A stretch of 64,000 nucleotides of DNA, taken from positions 1 to 64,000 of the IMG/VR virus record IMGVR_UViG_3300026521_000466; one strand, written 5' to 3'. Origin of the DNA: a virus. A program made the translations under genes and the position numbers. Of this stretch, positions 50,752 to 59,888 are shown piece by piece (the stretch's first letter is position 1; each line of letters begins with the position of its first letter). Under the pieces are notes generated by a model that searched no databases, was not told where the DNA came from, and saw only the letters and a list, made by a program, of their open reading frames with translations.

Positions 50752-51327
50752 ATGGCAATATTTAGAATTTTATACCATGAGGATATAAATATTCTTCATA
50801 AGAGTTTTAAAAACTCCAAAGTAAGAGTATATCCTATATCCTACAATGGCGAAGTTATATCGAAGGTCCTAGGCGACCTCCTAAAAGATAAAGTTTATAA
50901 GTCTATTTATAAAGAGACTACTATCTCTCATAGGGTCACTAGGAAGAAAGAGCGAGAAGAGGCATTGGAAAAAACCACTATTATACAGTTGCAGGATGGT
51001 GGGATACATACATATTATAATAATGTGCGGTATACAGTATTTCTTCCTATACATAAAAAGAGCACACGACTATCTTATTTAAAAGCTCCATTGATGCATC
51101 TGTTAACTAAAGCAAAAGAATATAATTCAATAGCTATATCCTTCCCTCTTTATGGAGACGCATTCAGTACGATAAAGATAAAAGATATATTGGACTTGTT
51201 GATTACTTATAGAGATAGATATCCTGCATTTTTTAATCTCTTTATCTTAAAGAAAGAGTTGCCTAAAGTCCAGAAGATATTGAAAAAACATAATATTATA
51301 TTTGATCTAAAAGAGATAAAACCGTAG
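50752..51327 (+). CDS. degenerate macrodomain-like protein
   Basis: Colinear similarity by eye to 30756-31184 but lacking the Gly-rich loops. Confidence 0.45.
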   Translation: MAIFRILYHEDINILHKSFKNSKVRVYPISYNGEVISKVLGDLLKDKVYKSIYKETTISHRVTRKKEREEALEKTTIIQLQDGGIHTYYNNVRYTVFLPIHKKSTRLSYLKAPLMHLLTKAKEYNSIAISFPLYGDAFSTIKIKDILDLLITYRDRYPAFFNLFILKKELPKVQKILKKHNIIFDLKEIKP

Positions 51328-51354
51328 ACTACAGTGGAGTTCCACTGTAGTCTA
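51325..51354. terminator. 14-bp inverted repeat bounded by the two convergent TAG stops
   Basis: TAGACTACAGTGGA-GT-TCCACTGTAGTCTA. Confidence 0.7.
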
Positions 51355-53424
51355 TTCAAATAGTCTGGTAATAGATTTGTTGCTGTTATTAAATTTTATA
51401 AAATCACCTACTATAGTATCGCCCATGAATGCTGCGTATTTAGCAGGATTTGTGCTATCAATAATGTTCTTTTTAGCTATGGCCAATTTATATTTAATGC
51501 TCTTACTTACATACCTTGTATTCGTATAAGATCTGCCACCAATCCCTCTGATGTATTTTGATAATACATCATACTCATTTGTATAGCCACCAAATATACC
51601 AAGTAAGCCGTCATTTACAGAGGCTGTTGCTATATCTGAGAAATCAGTTATGCCAAACTTTAAATCTATATATAAAGGTGCGCCATACACATTCTTTTCA
51701 GAACTTGATGTTAATGAGACGGAAGTGATCATTCCGAAGTCTATATTCAGTACGCCGCGTATAAAAGCTTTACATAAATATGGCGAAGTATATGCTGTAT
51801 CACCTATGCTTAATGGTAAAGACCCGCCTAGTATAAGTGAGAGTATTACATCAATATCCATGGTGTTACTTATTGGGTTGGAATATGGCCCGCCTAACCT
51901 CATACTAAAACTATGGCTTGGTAAGGATACGCTACTATCACTCCACATTTTTGGAAATGATAGGTAGCCGCCACTAACTAATCCCGCAATAACATTAGTT
52001 AGTCCAAAAGTAGTTTTACTTAATGTTCCTGCTACTACGTCTCTTCCTGCTTTTATAAAGCTATCCACAGTATCACCTAGAAATTTACCATCTCCAAAAT
52101 TAAATCTAATATCTCTACTAGCAGATCCTATAGAGTTTATCATAGATTTGGCAGGTATATCTTTCACCTCGTTTGAGAATGATATGGTAGACCCTCCATC
52201 ATAAGTTACATAGAGAGCAATATATTCCATGCCGTAATTCTCTACTCCTTGTTTATATTTATGAAAGTTCTCTGTCCAAATATCAAAGTCACCAATAAGT
52301 CTTTTAAATAGTCCCGTCTCTTTATCTTTCTCTTTGTACTCATTTGGGTCTATGTTTGCTGTAGTAGCCTCTGGCCGTGATTTGTTCTGCGGGTTGGTGT
52401 GGCCCTCATTATCTTTATCAGAAGAGACCAGTTCTTTAGCAGACTGCATTATGTTGGCTACAGCATCTTTAAACTCTGCCAATACAGGTACGTTGATATA
52501 GAGTTTATCTACAATACCTTCTTCTAATGCAAGTCTATTCTTTTGTATGAGTTCATTGACCATCAACTGTGGTCGCGCAATAATATTGTAAATATTAAAT
52601 CCATATTTAGGATGCATAATATCTGGATATTCGGACTGTAGTTCTTTTAATAGTGATGCATCTACTTCTACAGGAACACCATATCTATCAGATTTACCAC
52701 TGCCTGTCTCCAACACCTTAAATTTTATTAAACCCCTTTCAGTTTGTAGTTGTGTTAATATATTGTTAGCTGTCTGTAGATAGTTGTGCATGTCTGGTTT
52801 AAAGCTGTAATATCTAAAGTCATCTCCGCCCACTAAGGTTTTAGTTACGGAATATATTTCATAAGCCGCTGTTATCCCTGGCATAATTGCCCATCTGGCC
52901 GCTTCCCCAGCTCCCTGGCCTAATGTATAAAAGAATGTAGTCCTACCCTCGTTAGCAATTATGGCCTTGCCATAATCTACAGCATTTGCAAAATTAGAGA
53001 ATATATTTCTATGCTTCGGTTTTCCAAATTCAAGATATAGTATGTTTGGCTGGCTTCGTAATTGTACCTCATCCCCCCACATAGTTCCCATACCCATATT
53101 CTTAGCATAAATATTATCTTCAAAATCCTCCCTGCCTTGTAACACGCCTTTTCTTGGCGGATCTGCCAATGGTGTATTTGCATAAGGAACACCCAAGGCG
53201 ATGTGACCACCTAATGAGGTATTCATAAATTCATTATTAGCAGTGCATCGGAATTGTGCACCATTATATTCATCTGGTATTTTCACAGAGGTTGTGATTA
53301 AATAATTGTTTGTAAAATAGACGTCATCTAGTATCACTACATCCTTTTTCGGTGCGACATATTCTGTTAATGGGTCGTATTCGATTTGAGGTAATTTATA
53401 TTCTATTGGTTGTTGTGCGGACAT
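51352..53424 (-). CDS. conserved phiKZ-like virion structural protein (probably baseplate/tail)
   Basis: NTSLGG, FPKMWSDS, GMITSVS motifs recalled from a jumbo-phage family. Confidence 0.6.
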   Translation of the reverse strand: MSAQQPIEYKLPQIEYDPLTEYVAPKKDVVILDDVYFTNNYLITTSVKIPDEYNGAQFRCTANNEFMNTSLGGHIALGVPYANTPLADPPRKGVLQGREDFEDNIYAKNMGMGTMWGDEVQLRSQPNILYLEFGKPKHRNIFSNFANAVDYGKAIIANEGRTTFFYTLGQGAGEAARWAIMPGITAAYEIYSVTKTLVGGDDFRYYSFKPDMHNYLQTANNILTQLQTERGLIKFKVLETGSGKSDRYGVPVEVDASLLKELQSEYPDIMHPKYGFNIYNIIARPQLMVNELIQKNRLALEEGIVDKLYINVPVLAEFKDAVANIMQSAKELVSSDKDNEGHTNPQNKSRPEATTANIDPNEYKEKDKETGLFKRLIGDFDIWTENFHKYKQGVENYGMEYIALYVTYDGGSTISFSNEVKDIPAKSMINSIGSASRDIRFNFGDGKFLGDTVDSFIKAGRDVVAGTLSKTTFGLTNVIAGLVSGGYLSFPKMWSDSSVSLPSHSFSMRLGGPYSNPISNTMDIDVILSLILGGSLPLSIGDTAYTSPYLCKAFIRGVLNIDFGMITSVSLTSSSEKNVYGAPLYIDLKFGITDFSDIATASVNDGLLGIFGGYTNEYDVLSKYIRGIGGRSYTNTRYVSKSIKYKLAIAKKNIIDSTNPAKYAAFMGDTIVGDFIKFNNSNKSITRLFE

Positions 53425-53487
53425 AAAACTCTCCTTTTCCTTATAATCAAGTAAAAAACTGAAAAAGAAAAGGGTGACAGTATGGCA

Positions 53488-53613
53488 TTACCACCATACT
53501 GTTGTATTTGTTTTTGATAATATTTTTTTGTCTCTGTAGATAATACGTAATTTTTTACCTTGTATCTCTATATTCAGTACCCTTAAGTTACTCTTCTTCT
53601 GACTTTTGCTCAT
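53488..53613 (-). CDS. small basic protein (41 aa), not in ORF track
   Basis: MSKSQKKSNLRVLNIEIQGKKLRIIYRDKKILSKTNTTVWW; AAGGA RBS; hairpin over the stop. Confidence 0.45.
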   Translation of the reverse strand: MSKSQKKSNLRVLNIEIQGKKLRIIYRDKKILSKTNTTVWW

Positions 53614-54163
53614 CACGTTCCTTTTTGCGCTTTTTATCAATGACAATAATTTGGTGTGTGTGTATATTTGAAACTAATTGTTTCATTGCATCAATGTATG
53701 CATTTGCTGTTAAGTAATACATCTGTTTATCAACATTAGTTCCATTGATATAGAAATTGAAGAATTTGGCATCCAGTAATACAGGAAAATCAAGATTATA
53801 CTCACCATGCGCGATGTTAAGTATCAGTGCACCAGACACAGCATCTACCCGTGTTGTTATTTTACCGACAGAGACAATATCGTCAGATTTGACGTTGTTC
53901 TCATAGTTATAGTTCTTGCTGTCAATTGTGATGGGTTCGCCACCATCTAACACGTTCTTCATTGCTGTGAACAGTGTCATAATACCAAGTAATGTGAATG
54001 TTACTTTTACATCAGGGTATTTTTTATTGCTCTCCCTTACTGTAAATCTTGGATATCCATCCATAAATTCTACTCCCAGGAAATACTCTTTGCCGTCCTT
54101 AATTGTTCTCAGGTTCATATGATAGAGTGAGAAGTACATTTTTTTTATATCGTTCATTGTCAA
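53588..54163 (-). CDS. conserved phiKZ-like hypothetical protein of the sbcD block
   Basis: GYPRFTV motif; synteny. Confidence 0.55.
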   Translation of the reverse strand: MTMNDIKKMYFSLYHMNLRTIKDGKEYFLGVEFMDGYPRFTVRESNKKYPDVKVTFTLLGIMTLFTAMKNVLDGGEPITIDSKNYNYENNVKSDDIVSVGKITTRVDAVSGALILNIAHGEYNLDFPVLLDAKFFNFYINGTNVDKQMYYLTANAYIDAMKQLVSNIHTHQIIVIDKKRKKERDEQKSEEE

Positions 54164-54381
54164 CTCCTTATTTTATTATGTATCCAATATGGACAGTTTG
54201 CTCCGTCGTTATATACATGACTCGGTATGTTATGCCAGCATTTCTTTTTCATTGCTGAACTATCATATATACGAGCAGCACAGTTTAAACAAGATTTTCT
54301 CTCATCACCTTTTTCTTTTAGCAGTATGACAACTATAAGCACTACTGCAATTATGATAACTACCGCTATTATCTTTTCCAT
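54160..54381 (-). CDS. membrane-anchored Cys4 protein
   Basis: N-terminal TM helix then CLNC...C...CPYW. Confidence 0.65.
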   Translation of the reverse strand: MEKIIAVVIIIAVVLIVVILLKEKGDERKSCLNCAARIYDSSAMKKKCWHNIPSHVYNDGANCPYWIHNKIRS

Positions 54382-54390
54382 ATATACCTC

Positions 54391-55212
54391 CTAGTATGGA
54401 TTGTTAAATGTTTTAATAAAGTCAGACGCATATTTACTACGCATAAGTATAGTTCTTACTCTACTGTATGTTGTAGTTTGCGTCACTGCGTTTTTAGCCA
54501 ATGTTTCAATGGCGTCTTTCCTAGCATTTCTATCTATTAGTTTAAGTAATCCCGTATCATCCGCCAGAAGATATAGTAACAGACTATTAAAGGGTAAGAA
54601 TGACGTATCCATTGATGTCTTTCTATACTTCTTATTATACATATGTTTAGGAAGTATCTCTCCTGTATGACTTTGAAGTATATCCACTTTGCTTTTGTTA
54701 ATAAGTAGATCAAACGGCATATGTGTAAGTAGTAACATATTACCATATTTCGGATTATGGTTGTCTTCATAATCATATTTGATTCTGTCTATAGATGTCA
54801 ACGCAATATACATTGTATCCGTTTTTTGTGTCAGCTTGTCGTTAAATACAAACGGTTTCAGTTTTTTATAATTTGGGGCCAATACTACTAGTTCAATATC
54901 TTCATTTGCACATAGGTGTGCAATAGTCTCTATCTCCATATTAGCAACGGCGATCAAATCATCTTTAATATTGCCAGACCCTTTGAATACTTTATGCTTT
55001 GTGTCTTTATCTAAGGACTCTATGACGTTCCTGATAATGGTATACCAGTTTACTGCGAATACATCATATTTTTCCAGAGCTATTCTTTTTGGTTTATGAT
55101 CCGTATCATAGACCTCATGTGTAGCATTGAACACTGCCTCTAACGCCATTCCTGTTCCTATAGACAGATCAAAACCACTCTTAGTTCTGTCTTGCATTTT
55201 TCGTAGGCTCAT
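54391..55212 (-). CDS. conserved phiKZ-like protein, possibly 5'-nuclease/PIN-like fold
   Basis: LSIGT.MALE, N..T..RN, LLTH.PFDL, LQSHTG motifs; next to sbcD. Confidence 0.55.
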   Translation of the reverse strand: MSLRKMQDRTKSGFDLSIGTGMALEAVFNATHEVYDTDHKPKRIALEKYDVFAVNWYTIIRNVIESLDKDTKHKVFKGSGNIKDDLIAVANMEIETIAHLCANEDIELVVLAPNYKKLKPFVFNDKLTQKTDTMYIALTSIDRIKYDYEDNHNPKYGNMLLLTHMPFDLLINKSKVDILQSHTGEILPKHMYNKKYRKTSMDTSFLPFNSLLLYLLADDTGLLKLIDRNARKDAIETLAKNAVTQTTTYSRVRTILMRSKYASDFIKTFNNPY

Positions 55213-55234
55213 TACTCCTCCTTATTTTGATTTC

Positions 55235-55248
55235 TATATAATAATATA
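55235..55248 (-). promoter_or_regulatory. putative early promoter TATATTATTATATA
   Basis: Core TATATTATT about 25 nt upstream of the ATG at 55212. Confidence 0.45.
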
Positions 55249-55251
55249 CCA

Positions 55252-56328
55252 TTATAAAATATCTAATAGCAACTTATCATGCCTCTCTGTCAACGGAAGT
55301 CTTTTCTCTATATTCTCCCGTATGTTGTTTTTATCTATTTGATATGGTATGTATGTAACGACTATTTCTGTATCAATTACCTCAGAGTCTTTTCTCTCTA
55401 TCTTTAGATTGACGTCGTTCTCTTTTATCATGTTTGCTATCGGTGTGTAGTCTATATTGCTTCTAATTATTAGACGCACATGTTTAGGCTTATGTTCATT
55501 AATATATTTTTCAATCTGTGTTGTCCAGTAATGCACATCCTCATCATTAATATCAAATGTTTTAAATAACATAGCGTGTTTATTTTCTATAAAGTTAAAA
55601 GATTTATTTCCAGTCCCTGATAGATTAAATAGAACAAATCCTTTACTCTCTTCTTCATTAAATGCCATCCTATCAAAACTGCCAGGGGCTATGATGTTGT
55701 TCATGACACTAAACTTATGAATATGGTTTATTATTATATAGTATTTAACATAACTAAATTGAGAGACATCAAAACTATGCTCTAGTTTTATGGGTAGTTG
55801 ATAATCAAACATACCGTGAATGAATAGTAGATCCAGTGTATCAATTCCATACTTATCCATCTTCTCTCTCAATATCCGTTCTATCTCAATAGGAGAATAT
55901 CCAGTATCATCAGGTATAAATCCAATATGTAATCCTAACTCTTTATTATATACTATATCAATCTTTTCTATATATTTAAACAACTTCGAGTCATTATAGA
56001 GAGTTAATGTTTTTATTTGGTTATAGTCATGTGTAAATGTACCTTTTAAATAATATAGATACACATTGTGTTTTATAGCTAAATCATTTAGATACTTATC
56101 AAATTCAGCTATCATTAACGCATCTTCACTGCCTAATAATATATCTCTGTCATATAGATCGCCGTTAACTACAAAGATATCTATATTTCTAAATAGGTCA
56201 GGAGTGACATATCTATATAGATTAGCTATTATATATTTCGTTTCGTTTCTAGTATTGCCAAGATGGATATCTCCTATGGTGGCTCCTCTTACTTTAAACA
56301 TATCGACCCCCGTATTAAATTCAGACAA
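55252..56328 (-). CDS. sbcD: SbcD/Mre11-like metallophosphoesterase nuclease
   Basis: GDIHLG, NGDLYD, GTFTHD, HGMF, HIH, PGSFDR motifs. Confidence 0.9.
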   Translation of the reverse strand: MSEFNTGVDMFKVRGATIGDIHLGNTRNETKYIIANLYRYVTPDLFRNIDIFVVNGDLYDRDILLGSEDALMIAEFDKYLNDLAIKHNVYLYYLKGTFTHDYNQIKTLTLYNDSKLFKYIEKIDIVYNKELGLHIGFIPDDTGYSPIEIERILREKMDKYGIDTLDLLFIHGMFDYQLPIKLEHSFDVSQFSYVKYYIIINHIHKFSVMNNIIAPGSFDRMAFNEEESKGFVLFNLSGTGNKSFNFIENKHAMLFKTFDINDEDVHYWTTQIEKYINEHKPKHVRLIIRSNIDYTPIANMIKENDVNLKIERKDSEVIDTEIVVTYIPYQIDKNNIRENIEKRLPLTERHDKLLLDIL

Positions 56329-56375
56329 AAAGCTCCTTTAAACTTTTTTATTGATATAAAACGAAAGGGGCTACA

Positions 56376-56765
56376 ATGGTTACGCTCAACATACATAGTG
56401 AATTAACGGATTCATTAGCTGTAAAAAAACTCATGGATTATTTCTTAATATCTGATTTTTCCCAAACCTATTTCTATACAGGGCATGTATCATCTTTAAA
56501 ATATTTACTACAAGAGAAAGAAGAAAATAAGGTACGTACTGTAATAGATAGGATAGAGGAGAGTTTACATGCGTTATATAGTACATACTATCCATCAGTG
56601 AAGGTTTCTGTATCTCCTATATATGAAAAAGATAGTAATGTATATAATATTGCAGTAAATGTTATTGTAAAAAATAAAGAGGGAAATACTTTTGAATTAT
56701 CCGATAGGGTAGCTATTGATAATCCGTATAACAACAAATATATAGCAGAGCTAAAGAAAAGATAA
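56376..56765 (+). CDS. putative baseplate/sheath-initiator (gp25-like fold) protein
   Basis: SDFSQT..Y.G.VSSL.YL motif, 129 aa; fold inferred. Confidence 0.45.
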   Translation: MVTLNIHSELTDSLAVKKLMDYFLISDFSQTYFYTGHVSSLKYLLQEKEENKVRTVIDRIEESLHALYSTYYPSVKVSVSPIYEKDSNVYNIAVNVIVKNKEGNTFELSDRVAIDNPYNNKYIAELKKR

Positions 56766-56819
56766 AAAATAGTTTAACATTATATAGTGAATATATAACA
56801 ATTTAGAAAAGGATATACA

Positions 56820-57323
56820 ATGAGTAATTTTTTGGAAAAGATGGCAGATGACTTAGATAGTCTTGATTATGGAGGTACAGTTAAACTGAATGAAGATGCA
56901 TTTAAGAGACTTTACCTTCCATATATGATAGGTGAAAAACATAATGAGAATCTTGTAGCGAAATGGATAGAGTTGTCAGGCTCGCCGTTAAAAGAGGTAC
57001 AGCTTGTAAATGAGCAGGGTGAGGTAGTAAATACACTTCCGCCACTAATACAGCCAAATATTGACGCTAATGAAAATGGCGAACTGGATAACATGGCAAA
57101 CAGTTTGACAGAAGGAAAACTTCAAGAAGATATGTATGGTGCAAGCCCTATTATATCTAGTAAAATGACCGCCATTGCAAATTGTTTCGATAAACAATCT
57201 ATGTCTGATGAGTGGGTGTCAGCGTTGAAGCCGTATATCTCAGAGACGAAAGATGGTGAAGAAGAGGTGGGTGTGCATTCATCTAACCTAGACAACGAAG
57301 ATGAAATCGAATTAGAGTTTTAG
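56820..57323 (+). CDS. conserved phiKZ-like hypothetical protein
   Basis: F...YLP, WIELSG, V.LVNEQG..V.TLPP motif; AAGGA RBS. Confidence 0.6.
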   Translation: MSNFLEKMADDLDSLDYGGTVKLNEDAFKRLYLPYMIGEKHNENLVAKWIELSGSPLKEVQLVNEQGEVVNTLPPLIQPNIDANENGELDNMANSLTEGKLQEDMYGASPIISSKMTAIANCFDKQSMSDEWVSALKPYISETKDGEEEVGVHSSNLDNEDEIELEF

Positions 57324-57348
57324 TAGAGTGGGTCTATGCCCACTCTAC
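57323..57348. terminator. hairpin at convergent junction
   Basis: GTAGAGTGGG-TCTATG-CCCACTCTAC. Confidence 0.7.
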
Positions 57349-57647
57349 AATATTTTAGCGCTATGTGTTATTCCACCTAACTCTTTAGAATCTTTTATAT
57401 AGATTTCCATGTTATATTTGCCCTTAACAGTAATTAGGATGCCCGCGCGTACATCATGCTGATTAATAAACTTATCTACTATAAATGCTTCAATAGCCAT
57501 ATACTCCCATGTCAAGTTTTTCACTGGCGCATACTGCTTTCTGTTTTTTGTAATCATTGCAGTAAAAGCCATAAATGATTTTACATACTCTATATCCTCA
57601 TCCATTATAGTGTATTCATATTTGTTGTTCTCAATATGATTAAACAT
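57345..57647 (-). CDS. hypothetical protein
   Basis: 100 aa, AAGGAG RBS. Confidence 0.6.
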   Translation of the reverse strand: MFNHIENNKYEYTIMDEDIEYVKSFMAFTAMITKNRKQYAPVKNLTWEYMAIEAFIVDKFINQHDVRAGILITVKGKYNMEIYIKDSKELGGITHSAKIL

Positions 57648-58950
57648 TTAACTCTCCTTTTTTGTTAAAGAATACTGATAGTTTTGAATTTTCTGTATTT
57701 GTCGCACTATCAATTACGGTATCTGTTCTTTGTAGCAGGCCCTCATGTCTGAATATAGCATTGTCGCTTTCATAAACATATACAACAGGCATCATTGGAT
57801 AGAGTAATTTAAAGTCGCTGTGGTGCCAATCGAATTGCACTACCATTCCATCATTTGCTAATACTTCTGTTCTATCTTGATAAAGGTTATTTGTTTTTCC
57901 TTTATTTTTATAATCAACTACTCCTGATTTTATCTCTTTATGTTGACTCTTTTCTATTAGATAGTCTCTTTTGACCTCTAGTTTATCTTTTGAAACACGG
58001 AATGGTCTACTCAATAGTGCGTCTGTGTTTAAAGATATTGTGCCGACACCCTCGCTTTTGAGTTTACTGTCATCGTCGAAGAATTTCTCTGTTTTCATAA
58101 CCACGATCTTCAACATATCATTACTCATTGCATATGTAGCCTTCACTCCAATGAGTGTAGTGGAGTCTACTCCGATTATATACAGTATCTTTTTATTAAA
58201 AGTTATAAGGTTAGGTCGGTATTTTGGAAAAATATACATATTGTTTTTAGAGTCAAAACTTTGTAGGTAAATATTAACATCTCCATTATATATACCAAAA
58301 CTTCCTTCCTGTAATGTTTTTGGGACATCTAGGAGAGGCGTATTGTTTGGTATATCAATATGCTTATATTTCCGTGTATTGTCAGGCGATATAATAACCA
58401 GATGACCTGGCATCTCACCAACTTCATAAGATGCTGATCGTAAATATTTTGCCATAGTGAGTATCAATGCATTTTCTACAGTTGTCTCTCTGAATATATT
58501 CTGTGTCTTCTCTTTTTTCAAAGATAGGAATAATTTACTTGTACATTCTGCTTTTATTGTAGCTAAATGATTATTCAAGTCATCCTGCTTCATATTCATA
58601 TATTTATTGGAGCGAATATCTTTATCATAATCCCCTAACACAACATGGTATTGTCGCGTAGTTAAATCACCTAACGAATAGTATGAGATAGATATAGAAA
58701 TATCGTCTCTCTCCGGATAAATATGGAATACAAAATCTCCGAGAGGTATTTGAAAAGTGATCTCTACAAAGTCACTTCTATAATTCAAATAGTCTCTTTT
58801 TACATATAGTGATGAAATCATGTTGAGATAATAGTTATCCTTCCCAACATGCAAGATCGCTTTGACATATGACTCTCTTTCTACTTCAGGATCTACCGTA
58901 ATGACACTCAAAACTTCACTTGTTATTTTATCCTCTGATGACAGAACCAT
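57640..58950 (-). CDS. putative baseplate hub-like virion protein (phiKZ gp101-like)
   Basis: RDY, PDN..Y.HI.IP, LQ...GIY, LLYPMMPV motifs; synteny. Confidence 0.55.
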   Translation of the reverse strand: MVLSSEDKITSEVLSVITVDPEVERESYVKAILHVGKDNYYLNMISSLYVKRDYLNYRSDFVEITFQIPLGDFVFHIYPERDDISISISYYSLGDLTTRQYHVVLGDYDKDIRSNKYMNMKQDDLNNHLATIKAECTSKLFLSLKKEKTQNIFRETTVENALILTMAKYLRSASYEVGEMPGHLVIISPDNTRKYKHIDIPNNTPLLDVPKTLQEGSFGIYNGDVNIYLQSFDSKNNMYIFPKYRPNLITFNKKILYIIGVDSTTLIGVKATYAMSNDMLKIVVMKTEKFFDDDSKLKSEGVGTISLNTDALLSRPFRVSKDKLEVKRDYLIEKSQHKEIKSGVVDYKNKGKTNNLYQDRTEVLANDGMVVQFDWHHSDFKLLYPMMPVVYVYESDNAIFRHEGLLQRTDTVIDSATNTENSKLSVFFNKKGELNV

Positions 58951-59797
58951 AATTAACTACTTTCAGTATCTTACTCACATGATCAATATGTGTTTCAGCT
59001 ACCTGTACGTATGAACCAACATCCAGCAACTTATCTATTGTACGCAGATGAATCTCTTTAAATTCAATATCCTCCATAACACTTGCAATAGTCTCCAAAG
59101 AATCCATCGCTTTCTCATAGTCAAACGCAATCAATAGTTTGAGTTGTGTGAGTATTTCGATATATATAGATTGTTTTGTATAATCACTTGAATTGTCAAT
59201 GTCATCTTCACAATGCACTTTATCACTTAGAAAGTTGATCGTTTTCCACTCTTCATCTTTTGCCAGTTGAGGATATTGTATGTTATACATGATTTGTCTC
59301 ATATACAGGTTATGATTGAATATAGCTCTATTGTTGATATTCAACATTTTAAGTATCTTTAAAAAAGAGTCTTTTTCAAACCCTGCTTCAGCGATAGCTT
59401 TATCCACCATATTCATAAACGTCGCATGCTCTGTAAAGTCTCCCTCATTAGCTCTTCTTAAGAGTTCATTTATATCATCTTCAGTTCTTTTAGAGAAATC
59501 ATTTTTTGTATCGCTGAAATATTTTAGTAACATCTTTGATTTACTCTTCAGCTCTTCAGTCATCTTCTCTTTCTGTTCTTCTAGTTGTTCTCTAAACTGT
59601 CGAATCGTGTACTCTTCCAGTTTTCTGTTTACACTACAAGAATCAACCAGTCCTTTCATATCTGTTATAAAATCAGACTGATAACTGTGTTTCATTTCGT
59701 CCAGTATATTTGAGAGTTGACCACAATCCTCAATATTTGTGTATTTTGCTTTTGTTATAACTGCAATAGCGAGCAGTGTTGTATTTATATGTATCAT
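58928..59797 (-). CDS. hypothetical helical protein
   Basis: 289-aa ORF with GGAG RBS. Confidence 0.65.
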   Translation of the reverse strand: MIHINTTLLAIAVITKAKYTNIEDCGQLSNILDEMKHSYQSDFITDMKGLVDSCSVNRKLEEYTIRQFREQLEEQKEKMTEELKSKSKMLLKYFSDTKNDFSKRTEDDINELLRRANEGDFTEHATFMNMVDKAIAEAGFEKDSFLKILKMLNINNRAIFNHNLYMRQIMYNIQYPQLAKDEEWKTINFLSDKVHCEDDIDNSSDYTKQSIYIEILTQLKLLIAFDYEKAMDSLETIASVMEDIEFKEIHLRTIDKLLDVGSYVQVAETHIDHVSKILKVVNYGSVIRG

Positions 59798-59888
59798 AGT
59801 TTAATCTCCATAAAAAGTTATGTGGGTTTCCCCGTATTGTTAGTACATAGTACACCTGAAACACCAATGCTATAGTCGCAATGATTGA

